In this document: positions 41,986-51,222 of the stretch, piece by piece | How positions within the stretch are numbered: the stretch's first letter is position 1 | Layout: each line of letters starts with the position of its first letter | DNA from: an uncultured Pseudomonadota bacterium | Lineage (GTDB): Bacteria; Pseudomonadota; Gammaproteobacteria; Steroidobacterales; Steroidobacteraceae | Assembly: GCA_903839465.1 (NCBI GenBank) | Contig: CAIMCI010000366.1 | Location: forward strand, 15,514-79,513 | Length of the DNA stretch: 64,000 nucleotides | Direction: 5' to 3' | Notes under the pieces: model-generated | What the model saw: only the letters and a program-made list of their open reading frames with translations | The model's database searches: none | What the model was told of the DNA's origin: nothing | Translations under genes and position numbers: made by a program

Positions 41986-42890
41986 CTAGTCGGCGTCCTC
42001 CGGGCGCCACCTGATCCGGTTGCTCTTGGCTTCGAGCTGCATCGCGCGGGAGATCGCCCGGCCGTAGCGAGTCGCCTCCTTGAGCGTCATCTCCTCCACT
42101 TCCCGCAGCGAGCCGGGCCGGAGGTAGCGGCAGAGGTACACGATCTCGTCGTAAATGCCGTCGAGCTTCTCCTCCATGTCCTCTTCGGCGTCGATGAGCA
42201 TGGGCATGACCACGTGGCCGAGGTCGCGCACCGTGCCGCCGCAGTAACCGGCGTAGAGACAGCCGAGTCTTTCTATGGCCCGGCGCCTGGTCGCCCGGCT
42301 GCCGTCGTCCTCTATCCAGACGCTACGACCCGACGCACAGCGATGCAGCTCCCGAAAAAATCCGCGGTCATCTCCGGGTCCGCCACGTGTAGCTGTACGA
42401 AGATGCTGCCGATGAAGCCGCGGCACTTCTCGCCGATCTCGTCCCAGAACTGCTCCACGTTCGAGTTGCCCACGGTCCAGTCGGCACGAGCTCCGTCCAC
42501 CGCGCGGATCTGCTGCTGGTAAAGAGCCACCGTCAGGTTCGCCTCGGTCATGTCGGCGATGCGCGCAGCGGCGAGTTTCTTGTCCTTCACGCTGAGCGGC
42601 CAGATGATGGCCTGCCGCTCGCCCTTGCTCGGGTACGGTGTCCACTCGGCGCGAAACCGCAGGAACACGATCTCACCCTCCGGCGGGATGGGCAGGTTTG
42701 CCGGGATCTTCACCCAGTCGGGTGTGCCGGTCGTCGGCTTCGGCAGGCTGCCCTGCTGCGCTCTTCGCTTCGCATCGGCTAGCTCCTTGGCAGCCTCACG
42801 CAGCTTGGCCAGTGCGGCCTTCTCCTCTTCTGTCGTGCCCTCGTCGGGCTGCTCCACGGTCTCGTCTTGGTCGCTCACGGTATCCTCCAT
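41986..42890 (-). CDS. Tail assembly chaperone fusion (gpGT-like) made by -1 frameshift at 42354..42360
   Basis: After slippage the reading continues FFRELHRCASGRSVWIEDDG...EEDMEEKLDGIYDEIVYLCRYL... This is the coding-looking C-terminal part of ORF 41986..42645. It ends 14 nt before the tape measure ATG. Confidence 0.55.
42312..42890 (-). CDS. Tail assembly chaperone (gpG-like, zero-frame product)
   Basis: Position is between the tube and tape measure genes. It ends ...DPEMTADFFGSCIAVRRVVASG. The start is uncertain (ATG 42890 chosen). Confidence 0.6.
   Translation of the reverse strand: MEDTVSDQDETVEQPDEGTTEEEKAALAKLREAAKELADAKRRAQQGSLPKPTTGTPDWVKIPANLPIPPEGEIVFLRFRAEWTPYPSKGERQAIIWPLSVKDKKLAAARIADMTEANLTVALYQQQIRAVDGARADWTVGNSNVEQFWDEIGEKCRGFIGSIFVQLHVADPEMTADFFGSCIAVRRVVASG
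42354..42360 (-). other. Programmed -1 ribosomal frameshift slippery heptamer T_TTT_TTC
   Basis: Minus strand reads GCG GAT TTT TTC GGG. This is a T6 run in a ~67 % GC genome, at the canonical place near the end of the gpG-like ORF. Confidence 0.6.
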
Positions 42891-42981
42891 TGGGTTTGCG
42901 ACCAACCGTCGAGGCAGCGGGGAGGAGCCAAGCCGTCGCTGGGCACCGCAGCCCCGGCGGTTGATCGTTCTTGCGGCGGCG

Positions 42982-43425
42982 CTAGATGGCGTTGGGATCG
43001 TGCCCAACGTCGCTCGATGCGCCCTCCATCTTCAGCTTGACGAAGTCCTTGCGGCTGCCGGTGCTCTTGCTCCGGGGCCCCCACTTCACGTCGCCGTAGG
43101 TGGTGATCTCGGTGTCGCCAGCCGGGTAGAGGTCAGTCACCACCACGTTGAACTTCACGTTCGGAGTCCTGCGCTGCGCCCGATCCTTGATGGCCTTCCA
43201 GAGCACACGCCACTGCGCATCGCGCACCTGGAACTCCAGCGTGAACTTGTCGCCGTGATAGGCCTCGTCGTACTCGTCGACCACCTCGCCGAGGAAGCCG
43301 TCCTGTAGGAGCTCCTGATCCTCACTCTCCTCGAGGCTGCCGAACGAAGTGATCGCCTCGACCAGCTCGCCGTCGTTGACGATCCGAATCGAGACTTCCT
43401 GACCCTTGAGCCTGTTCTTCGCCAC
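42982..43425 (-). CDS. Tail tube protein
   Basis: 147 aa, immediately downstream of the sheath gene. Confidence 0.6.
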   Translation of the reverse strand: MAKNRLKGQEVSIRIVNDGELVEAITSFGSLEESEDQELLQDGFLGEVVDEYDEAYHGDKFTLEFQVRDAQWRVLWKAIKDRAQRRTPNVKFNVVVTDLYPAGDTEITTYGDVKWGPRSKSTGSRKDFVKLKMEGASSDVGHDPNAI

Positions 43426-43453
43426 TAGCCGTCTCCTGTTGGGAAGCCTCTGA

Positions 43454-45685
43454 TTACGCCGTGCCTTCGACCACGGTCACCACGTCCGGCCCGATCTCGC
43501 AGTCGAGCACGATGTCGTCCATGCTGCGCAGCGACTTGGCACGCACCTTCATGCGGAAGATGCCCGCCTCCACACTGGTCGGGGTGTTCGAGCTCTTCGC
43601 GTTGATGCTGTAGCTGTCGATGCGCTGCGCACTCGACTCGGGCCCGCCGAGCATCCCCTTCAAGAACTCCTTGGCCATGCCGTAGCAGCCGGCCTTGCGC
43701 GCGATGGTTGGCAGCTTCTTGCTGAACGGCAGGAGCCCCTCGGCCAGGCTGTCTTGGATGTAGTAGCTCAGACGCCGCAGACTGATCTCCGTCTCACCTG
43801 CCGTGAGGCTCGACGTGATGCCGCTCTGGATGCCGACTACCCCGTTGACGATGCGCCCGGCTGCAACACCCGCTGCCTTGAAGGCCTCGTAGTCGTTCAG
43901 GTCCATCGTCTGGACGTCGGTGTTTCCGACCTCGATGGCGTTCACGCCGTAGAGGTAGCTCGTCTCCTGCCCCGGGTTCTCCTCGGGCGGGAGCTGGCTC
44001 AGGAGCGACGCCATGAAGCTGTCGGCGTGCACGTCGATGAAACCGCCCACCGAGAAGCCATCGCCACCCGCGAGACCACGTAGCGCGATATTCGGAACGA
44101 AGATATTCCAGCCCGGGTAGCAGTAGATGACCCCGCGGTGCGCCGTGCCCACGGAACCAACGGTCGAGCTGGTGCGTGCGTTGAGCCTGGTCGTCTTGAG
44201 CGGCGGAGAGACACACGCCACGCGACCTCGGCAGCCACTGCTCGAAGCGAGGATCTCGTTGGCCTTGAGCGCAAGCCGGACGGCACGAGATTGCCGCGCA
44301 CTCCAGATGATGTTGATCTCGCGCGCTACCGAGTTGATGTTCACCGTGCTCGAGATGGCCGTGGCGTAGAGCGCGTCGATGGCCGCCTCGCTCAGGGCTG
44401 CCGCAGTGCTCACCGCATTCGACACCGTCCACGAGCCGAGCGCTATTGCGTTAGGCAGGGTGTTCAGGTGGCCGGCGGAGTCGGCACTGATGGTGCCGTC
44501 GTCGGTAGCGGGGCGAACCTTCACCGTGTAGGCGTCGGTGCCGACCACCACGTCGATGTGCTGCATCGTCACCCACTGGTCACCGCCACTGTTCTCCACT
44601 ACGACGCCTGAAGGAATCGTGCCCGTGCCGGTGCCGAGAACGCCGGTGACGCCCGCCGTGAACCCGAGGTCGCTCGAGGTAGTGCCCGCCGTGACGGCGA
44701 TGGTCTGGGTGCTGCCGGACTGCGTGTTGCTGAACCGAATGTTTCCGTCGGCGTCTCGGTCGACCAGGATGTTCGCGATGTCACCCTCGACCACCGTCTT
44801 GATTTCGGCCAGCGTATACGCGGTCGAGTCGACGCAGTCACCCGCTCCAGCATCGGTCGTCGCGGTGAAGCCCGTCCCCGTGGTCAGCGTTGCGTCGATG
44901 GCCGAGATGGTCATCGACCCGCCCGTGCCCAGCACGCGCCCAGTGAGAATCGTCACGTCAGTCGTGCCGGAAGCAGTCGCTGCCGTGTAGCCGAGCGCGG
45001 CGTTGATGCGCGCAATCACCGCAGCCCGGTTGGCGCAGTCGCCCACCAGGAACACGATGTCGATGGGGCCGATCTGAGACGGCTGGCCGTTGTCGACGAT
45101 GACCGTCATGATCTCGCCGCCGGACAGCGTGGTCGGGTAGGTTCCGGCACCGCTCGTGAGGACGCCCGCCGCAGCGTTGAACGTCGCCACGTCGCTCACC
45201 AGAGACCCGGCGATGCCGATGTCCGTGTTGACGTGCTGCGCGTCCGGGATATTCCACGTGAGGTTCGTGTTGCCCGTGACGCTCGGGCGCCTGGTCAGCG
45301 TCACTTCACCGACGCTCGTGTCCACGCGGCATACCACCAGCCGGCTGAACTTCTTGTTGATGAGCGAGATGTTGCCGTTGCCGTTCCAGTACTCGGGCAC
45401 CGTCGTGCCGTCGGCGAGTCGCTTGCGTGCGGCGGGGTTGCACGACTGCACCCCGGCAATCGTGAAGCCGAAGCCGCCAAACTGCTGGAGGAGGTCGGTC
45501 TCGCTCATCACCTCGAGTGGCGTCTCGAAGTCGCCGTCCTCGAACTCGCCCACCACGCAGGCCACGCCGGAGCCGGCACCCAGGATCGGTGCGGACGGAG
45601 CGTTGTCGATGATGACCACCCCCTCGATGGCCGTGATCTCGGTGATCCCTGGGTCCTGTGCGTACCTTCGAATGAATCCCGACAT
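43454..45685 (-). CDS. Contractile tail sheath protein
   Basis: 743 aa. Size and position fit, and the C-terminal region (AAGVAAGRIVNGVVGIQSGITS) resembles the conserved sheath C-domain. Confidence 0.7.
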   Translation of the reverse strand: MSGFIRRYAQDPGITEITAIEGVVIIDNAPSAPILGAGSGVACVVGEFEDGDFETPLEVMSETDLLQQFGGFGFTIAGVQSCNPAARKRLADGTTVPEYWNGNGNISLINKKFSRLVVCRVDTSVGEVTLTRRPSVTGNTNLTWNIPDAQHVNTDIGIAGSLVSDVATFNAAAGVLTSGAGTYPTTLSGGEIMTVIVDNGQPSQIGPIDIVFLVGDCANRAAVIARINAALGYTAATASGTTDVTILTGRVLGTGGSMTISAIDATLTTGTGFTATTDAGAGDCVDSTAYTLAEIKTVVEGDIANILVDRDADGNIRFSNTQSGSTQTIAVTAGTTSSDLGFTAGVTGVLGTGTGTIPSGVVVENSGGDQWVTMQHIDVVVGTDAYTVKVRPATDDGTISADSAGHLNTLPNAIALGSWTVSNAVSTAAALSEAAIDALYATAISSTVNINSVAREINIIWSARQSRAVRLALKANEILASSSGCRGRVACVSPPLKTTRLNARTSSTVGSVGTAHRGVIYCYPGWNIFVPNIALRGLAGGDGFSVGGFIDVHADSFMASLLSQLPPEENPGQETSYLYGVNAIEVGNTDVQTMDLNDYEAFKAAGVAAGRIVNGVVGIQSGITSSLTAGETEISLRRLSYYIQDSLAEGLLPFSKKLPTIARKAGCYGMAKEFLKGMLGGPESSAQRIDSYSINAKSSNTPTSVEAGIFRMKVRAKSLRSMDDIVLDCEIGPDVVTVVEGTA

Positions 45686-45810
45686 TGCTGCTCACCTGCC
45701 GCGGTTGGTCTCGTTTCGGTCGAGAGCCCGGGTTGCTTCGGTCGCCGCCTTGCTGTGGGCCGCGGGCGGGCGCGGTAGGTGTTCGCTCGTGGGCTCTTCC
45801 CGTGAAGCTA

Positions 45811-46515
45811 TCACGCCCCGGAGTCGAGCTCGACGTCTGGGCCGACTTCCACCACCTCGACCATGGGCTTGAGCGTGGTCGCATCGACCAGGAGCACCTC
45901 GGGTACCTGCAGCTCTACGTAGAGCTCGGCACGCCTTCGACCGAGGATCACCTCGGCGTCGTCGAAGTTCTCGCTCTCGTCCAGCGCGAAGCTCGCCACC
46001 CGGTCGTAGTAGGCCGGTAGCGACAGGCGAATCGCACTCGACTGCTCCTGTGCCCTGAAGAGCGCTACGAGGCCGGCCTTGATGCCCTCACGGATGGGAG
46101 GCTGGCTGGCGATGATCTCCACGCCGAGGAGCTCCACCCAATCACCTTGGTGGAGCAGCGCCGTGCCCCGGCCGTACACGTCCTTGCTCTCCTCGATCAG
46201 GTCGGGTGGGCCAAGCGGGTAGTCGTGCTGGCCGCGCGCCGGCACGAACGCGATGCTCGGCAGGAGGATCTGCTTCTCGCTCGTCGGGTATTCGACTTGG
46301 ATGCGTCTCGCCTTCAGATAGAAGCCGCGCGTCCTGCCCTCGACAGAGTCCGGGCGCTGGAACACCAGGTGAGTCAGGAGCTCCTGAAGACGAAGCAAAG
46401 CGTGAGCCCGGGCCGTCTTGGCGGGTAGCTTCTGGCCGAGCTGCTCGGGCCATACCTTGCCGAAGAGCAGCCCCGAGACCAGGTTCCTGAGCGCGTCGCT
46501 GAACGAGCCAGCCAT
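45811..46515 (-). CDS. Tail completion / neck protein (by position)
   Basis: 234-aa ORF between the connector genes and the sheath gene. Confidence 0.45.
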   Translation of the reverse strand: MAGSFSDALRNLVSGLLFGKVWPEQLGQKLPAKTARAHALLRLQELLTHLVFQRPDSVEGRTRGFYLKARRIQVEYPTSEKQILLPSIAFVPARGQHDYPLGPPDLIEESKDVYGRGTALLHQGDWVELLGVEIIASQPPIREGIKAGLVALFRAQEQSSAIRLSLPAYYDRVASFALDESENFDDAEVILGRRRAELYVELQVPEVLLVDATTLKPMVEVVEVGPDVELDSGA

Positions 46516-46520
46516 GGTCC

Positions 46521-47036
46521 CTAGCCTACCTGCTGCTTGATGGCCCGCTCTATCTCCTGCCGCACCACGCGGGGCAAGCGCTTCATCACACCCTCGAGGA
46601 TGCGGAAGCCTCCCTGCCCCTCCTGGTTGAAGATGCCCCGCTTCTTGAACGCGTGCGCCACGGCCCAGGCGAAGTCCTCCGCCTCGTCATCGGCGCAGAT
46701 GCCCTTGCGCACGCCCCACGCAGCCAGCGCGCTGATGAGCTTGCGGCCGATCTTCACGTGGTCGGCGCGCACCCCGTACTCGATGAAGATGGCTTGCAGC
46801 TCATCGTTGTAGAGCATCGCCCCGTTGGGCAGCGGCAGGATCTGCCAACCTCCGAGGTAGCCCGCCGCCCCGCGGTCTATGGGCGGCGGAGAGTGCTCGT
46901 GGATGGCGACGATGATCTGCGCCAAGCCCCAGGTAGCTGCCTTGCGCAAGCCCTTCAGCGCCGCCTCGTGAATGTCCTTGCCGATCTTCCCGTAGGCGGC
47001 GGAGGCGTCCTTTAGGCTGACGGTATAGGTGGGCAC
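46521..47036 (-). CDS. Head-tail joining protein (by position)
   Basis: 171-aa ORF in the connector block. Confidence 0.45.
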   Translation of the reverse strand: MPTYTVSLKDASAAYGKIGKDIHEAALKGLRKAATWGLAQIIVAIHEHSPPPIDRGAAGYLGGWQILPLPNGAMLYNDELQAIFIEYGVRADHVKIGRKLISALAAWGVRKGICADDEAEDFAWAVAHAFKKRGIFNQEGQGGFRILEGVMKRLPRVVRQEIERAIKQQVG

Positions 47037-47040
47037 GGCG

Positions 47041-47637
47041 TCATCCGAACACGTCGACGTCGTCGACCTTGCTCACACCGTCTCTTCGGAGGTCGTCGCT
47101 TACCGGCTGGAGCACTACCGTCCAGCTCAAGGCTCCCTCGTCGCGGTGCGGTGCACTCATCAGCCGGTACTTGCGCCGCTGTGCCTGCCCGCCGCCGCGG
47201 TCGTCCTCCACCACTTCCCAGAAGAAGCTCTTGTTGTCCGGGATCTCCGGCTCCGCCTCGGTGCCGCCCACCCTGTCTCCCTTGCTCGCCACCGTCGGAA
47301 CCGCCAGCCCCGTCAGGTGGTCCTCGGTGTAGGCGCCGCACGAGATGTTGTCGACCCGGAGCGTGCCCTGCGGCACGTGCCCGAACCGGGAAGCAGTGCG
47401 GCTCACTGACGTCAGGTCGGTCACGCGCGGTGTCGGCAGGAGCTCCACCCGGGACACCTCCACCTCATCGCCCTCGCCGCGCTGAGCCCCGGTCCACCGG
47501 GTCCAGACCAGGAACACCCGCTTGCTGTGCAGGCCGAACGTAGTCTCGAGCTGATAGAGACGATCCCGGAGGCCGGTGAACTTGTGCGCCAGCGTCTTGC
47601 CCGCGCGACCAGTCGTGAGCGGGGCAGGCTTGGGCAC
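47041..47637 (-). CDS. Head-tail connector / head closure protein (by position)
   Basis: 198-aa ORF in the connector block. Confidence 0.45.
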   Translation of the reverse strand: MPKPAPLTTGRAGKTLAHKFTGLRDRLYQLETTFGLHSKRVFLVWTRWTGAQRGEGDEVEVSRVELLPTPRVTDLTSVSRTASRFGHVPQGTLRVDNISCGAYTEDHLTGLAVPTVASKGDRVGGTEAEPEIPDNKSFFWEVVEDDRGGGQAQRRKYRLMSAPHRDEGALSWTVVLQPVSDDLRRDGVSKVDDVDVFG

Positions 47638-47640
47638 CGG

Positions 47641-48039
47641 CTACCCCTGCACCCGGGCGTTGATGCCCGCCATCTTCATGCGGTTGTCGAACGGGTTGCG
47701 CGGAACGCCGAGCAGGTTCGACAGCGCCGCCACCCATCGGTCGTACTCGCTCCTGAGCTTCTGCTGGAGCTTCGGGTCGATCTCGATCTGGCCGAGCTTC
47801 GACACGCCGAGTGCCTCGACATACTCGAGCATCTGCTGCTCCACCTGGTCGCAGGCTGCAACGATGCGCCGGAGCTCCGGCATGGACTCGTCGAGGAGGC
47901 GGTTGAGCGCCCCCTCGATCAGGAACTGAGTCTCTACCCCGGCGGGCGTCCCCATGACGAACGTGAACGCCTCGGCCACGTTCAGGTACCCCATGTGGTG
48001 CCTGACGCGGACCTTCTCCTGGGGGGTGCACGCTGCCAT
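47641..48039 (-). CDS. Head-tail connector protein (by position)
   Basis: 132-aa ORF in the connector block. Confidence 0.45.
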   Translation of the reverse strand: MAACTPQEKVRVRHHMGYLNVAEAFTFVMGTPAGVETQFLIEGALNRLLDESMPELRRIVAACDQVEQQMLEYVEALGVSKLGQIEIDPKLQQKLRSEYDRWVAALSNLLGVPRNPFDNRMKMAGINARVQG

Positions 48040-48047
48040 TCAGCGCC

Positions 48048-48422
48048 TCAGCCGAGGTCGACGCTGTTGAGGTACTCCTCGGCCTCTACCAGCGTGTCGA
48101 ATCGCTTCATGCGCACGCTCTGCTTCTGAAGCGCCAACAGGTCGTAGTTGAGCGAGTCGATGATCTTGCCGGCGTTGAGCGTGGACCGAATCCCGCTGCA
48201 CATCGCGCTGCTCTTCTTGGTGATCACGGCGTACTTGACGCCGGGCTTCTCGTCGCTCACCTCGCTGTCCGATACCCGGCCGATGACATCGTCACCCTTC
48301 ATGATGTCGGCCGGGCCCATCTCCCGTGCCTCGAGCTGCCGCGTCTCGGTGAACCCACCGTTCGGTAGCTCCTTGCGCATTCCCATCGGTGCGGCCGTCG
48401 CCGCGCTGCGTGCTTGTCTCAT
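48048..48422 (-). CDS. Hypothetical head-module protein
   Basis: 124 aa from MRQARSAATAAPMGMRKEL (GAGGAG 8 nt upstream). The long N-terminal extension in the ORF track is an R/H/G-rich alternate frame of the capsid gene. Confidence 0.5.
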   Translation of the reverse strand: MRQARSAATAAPMGMRKELPNGGFTETRQLEAREMGPADIMKGDDVIGRVSDSEVSDEKPGVKYAVITKKSSAMCSGIRSTLNAGKIIDSLNYDLLALQKQSVRMKRFDTLVEAEEYLNSVDLG

Positions 48423-48559
48423 CGGTCTGGCTCCTCGTTCTCCCGGGTCGAATCGATGCCCGTGGTCTGAACGAGATATAGCACCCCGGTAGTGGACTGA
48501 GGCGGGGCTGCCGGATTGGTGCGTAACAGCAGCCCTGCCCGGTCGGGTAGTGCTCAGGC

Positions 48560-49963
48560 TCAGCTGACCGTGCCGCCGCAGTGCTCGATGCACACGGCGC
48601 GCTTGAACATCGCGGGCAGGCCGCTCGTGATGTCGCTCGGGACGGGGAAGTCGGTCGTGATCGACCAGGCCGCGCCGACCATGTCCTGCATCCGGTTCAC
48701 CGGAGCTCGGAGGATGAGCTTCACGTTGTTGGTGGGGATCTGGATGCCCATGTTCACCACCTGGAACTCGCCGATCTTGCCGGTGATACCAGCCTCGGAC
48801 ACGTACTTCGCCTCGTCCAGGCCACGCTCGTACAGGGCGCCGCGCCCCGTGATAATGCACCGTGCGATGTCGACGCCCGTGTAGTTGGTCGTCTCGGCGC
48901 CGATGTCCTCGCTGTAGTAGGCGCTGCCGCCCGTGGAGATCCGGTTGCCCGCGGTGTGCGGGTCGGGGCTCTCGTTGTTCAGGTAGCTCACGCAGCCTGG
49001 GGCCACTCCGATGATCGCCTCTTGGAAGGCCACGTGCTCGGGGCGGGCAGTCAACATGCGCTGCACCGCGTCGTCGGCGAAGTACTGCGCGTTGGCGTCC
49101 ATGTTGGCGTGCAGGTGGTAGTAGCCATCCTCGTGGGGCGGCACGCTGTTGCGCCGGAGGTAGCTGACACCCAGGATCATCGCCTGCATGACGAACGTGT
49201 CGCTCGCCGTGAGGGCGTCCGTGGTGGCGCCGCCGCCGATGCGGATGATGCGCGGCCGGATGTCGCTGGTCACCGCAGTGCCGACAGCGATGGTGGCACC
49301 GAGCGTGCCGGCAACCACCAGGTCGCCCGGGCCGTCCGGGTCTGCCGCGTAGTCGGGAACGGTCGCGATCACGTTGTGCGCCACGGTTCCGATGTGAATC
49401 GGCAGCACGTTGACCGCGCTGAGCGGCTGGGGTCGCACGTGAGCCAAGCCTGCCGCAGTGCTCATCGAGAACGTGAAGCCGTTCAACGCGGCCACGTGGA
49501 TGCGGTCTTGCGCCGTGGTGCCCTGCGTGATGACGCGGGTGTTGCCACCGAGGTACGCCTTGAAGAGCCGGTTCCTTGCCACCCGGTTGATGCTCTGCCC
49601 CGCCTGGAGGCCGAGCTGGTGGATGCTCCGGAGGAACAGGTCGCTGTTGGCCACCGCGCTGGTCGGCATGTGGACGTCGATTGCGTCTCCGTAGCGGCCC
49701 ATCACCGCGGCCCACTGCTCCCAGGTCAGCGTCTGCGGGGTCGGGTCTTGCCCAGGGGTGAGGGGCGTAGTGTTCGGCGAGAGCAAGCCGGGCCGAGACA
49801 TGAATATCTCGGTGCCGATGTTCGCCTCCCACTCTTCCCACTGCGCCTCCTGCCGGTAGAGCAGGGCGGGGAACAGTCCGTCGTGGAATGCGCGCTCGAG
49901 CATGCCGGACTGCACCAGGTTCACGACCTGGCCGGGAACCGCAACGATCATCTCTGGAGGCAT
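48560..49963 (-). CDS. Major capsid protein
   Basis: 467 aa, immediately downstream of the scaffold gene. Composition and size are typical of HTH-free HK97-fold capsid proteins. Confidence 0.7.
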   Translation of the reverse strand: MPPEMIVAVPGQVVNLVQSGMLERAFHDGLFPALLYRQEAQWEEWEANIGTEIFMSRPGLLSPNTTPLTPGQDPTPQTLTWEQWAAVMGRYGDAIDVHMPTSAVANSDLFLRSIHQLGLQAGQSINRVARNRLFKAYLGGNTRVITQGTTAQDRIHVAALNGFTFSMSTAAGLAHVRPQPLSAVNVLPIHIGTVAHNVIATVPDYAADPDGPGDLVVAGTLGATIAVGTAVTSDIRPRIIRIGGGATTDALTASDTFVMQAMILGVSYLRRNSVPPHEDGYYHLHANMDANAQYFADDAVQRMLTARPEHVAFQEAIIGVAPGCVSYLNNESPDPHTAGNRISTGGSAYYSEDIGAETTNYTGVDIARCIITGRGALYERGLDEAKYVSEAGITGKIGEFQVVNMGIQIPTNNVKLILRAPVNRMQDMVGAAWSITTDFPVPSDITSGLPAMFKRAVCIEHCGGTVS

Positions 49964-50119
49964 GGGATCAAGTCCTTTGGTTCAGCAACGCTGCTTGGAG
50001 GGTCTTCGCTTCGACCGTCGCCAACTAGGGTTGCCGCCTGACTTGAGCCGCGAGCGGGCGCGGAGGGGTGCGTGGCTAGGTTCGCTCCCCAATTCGTACC
50101 ACAGCTCGCGGACATGGCT

Positions 50120-50148
50120 GCGGGCAGAGGCCGGTGACCCCTGCCCGC
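50120..50148 (-). promoter_or_regulatory. Perfect 8-bp-stem hairpin in the 206-nt scaffold-capsid spacer
   Basis: GCGGGCAG-13 nt-CTGCCCGC. Confidence 0.35.
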
Positions 50149-50169
50149 TCCTGCCCTGCCTCGACTAGA

Positions 50170-51105
50170 TCACGCCCAGGGCTTGATGCCCAGTTTCCTC
50201 TGGTGCTCGCGCAGCTCGGCCTTGTTCATGCTGTTGGGCTGGTTCGGGCGGGGAGTCTTTCCCTCGAGCCCGCCGCCCTTGCCCGCGTTCTCCACGGGTC
50301 CGCCCGGCCTGACGCGGCTGGTCGTGGCGAACACCTTGCGTACCACCGGGGCTGCCTTGCCAGCACCCGCGGTGCCCGCGGCAGCCGCCTTGCCCGCGTC
50401 GCCGGTGGCTCCCTCGCCGGCCTTGCCCGCCTCCGCCTTGCCGCCCTCCTTGGCGAACTCGGGGTTCTCCTCGACGAACTTCTTGAACCACTTGTCGATC
50501 TGCCGCTCGGTGAGCGCCTCTACTTGGTCGTCGGTGAGCGTCTTCAGGTAGCCGGCAAACTCGATCTGCGCGTACTTGGCCATTCGAGGCCGCACATGCA
50601 CGTCGATGATGGGCCGCAGGCGCAGGTCCTGCGACAGGTAGGCGTGCTCGCTCTCGAGCACGGCAATGCGTGCGGCCTGTGCCGTGTTCTCCGCCTTCTG
50701 CCGATCGAGGTCAGCCTGGAGCTTCTGCTGCTCGGTCATCGTCGACCGTTCGCGCTCCTCCTTCTCCGCCTTGAGACGCCGGTACTCCTCGTCCTGCGTG
50801 GCCCTTGCCGTCTCCTGCTCTTGGCGCTGCTGCTTGATCCGCGCGATAGCGAGCGGATCGTCCGTGCCCCACGCCTCCATGTTCGCACGGCGTCGCTCCC
50901 GCTCACGGATGTTGTGGGCTCGTGCCTCCTCCGGCGTCCTGAGCACACGCCGTTCGACGACGGGCTGCGCCGCCGCCGTCGCTCCCGCCGCCGGGTCGAC
51001 GTATCCCGGCGGCCTCTGCACGGGCACCGTGCCCGCTACTGCTACTCCCGCCGCGGGCGTCCCCGCTGCCGCTGCCCCTGGTTCCACTGCTACTTCTGGT
51101 GGCAT
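50170..51105 (-). CDS. Scaffolding protein
   Basis: 311 aa with a charged coiled coil (RERERRRANMEAW...QQRQEQETARATQDEEYRRLKAEKEERERS) and an Ala/Gly/Lys-rich tail. Position is upstream of the capsid gene. Confidence 0.7.
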   Translation of the reverse strand: MPPEVAVEPGAAAAGTPAAGVAVAGTVPVQRPPGYVDPAAGATAAAQPVVERRVLRTPEEARAHNIRERERRRANMEAWGTDDPLAIARIKQQRQEQETARATQDEEYRRLKAEKEERERSTMTEQQKLQADLDRQKAENTAQAARIAVLESEHAYLSQDLRLRPIIDVHVRPRMAKYAQIEFAGYLKTLTDDQVEALTERQIDKWFKKFVEENPEFAKEGGKAEAGKAGEGATGDAGKAAAAGTAGAGKAAPVVRKVFATTSRVRPGGPVENAGKGGGLEGKTPRPNQPNSMNKAELREHQRKLGIKPWA

Positions 51106-51146
51106 TCTGATCCTCCGTCAGGTCGGTTTGTTTGTCCGGGACATTG

Positions 51147-51182
51147 AAACGCCCGGGTGAGGTTCGAGCCTACACCCGGGCG
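51147..51182 (-). terminator. Terminator/attenuator-like hairpin upstream of the scaffold gene
   Basis: Minus strand reads CGCCCGGGTG-TAGGCTCGAACCT-CACCCGGGCG (10-bp perfect stem) followed by TTTCAATG. The T tract is weak. Confidence 0.4.
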
Positions 51183-51222
51183 CTTGCCGGTACTGTCCCC
51201 GGCAGGACTCTGAGACCTTCGG

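Noticed and set aside
48423-49841. N-terminal ~470 aa of ORF 48048..49841 (597 aa), overlapping the capsid gene on the same strand
   Set aside because: It is extremely Arg/His/Gly/Pro-rich, typical of an off-frame reading of GC-rich coding DNA. The capsid frame (48560..49963) has normal composition. Only the last 124 codons, after a GAGGAG-ATG, look genuine.
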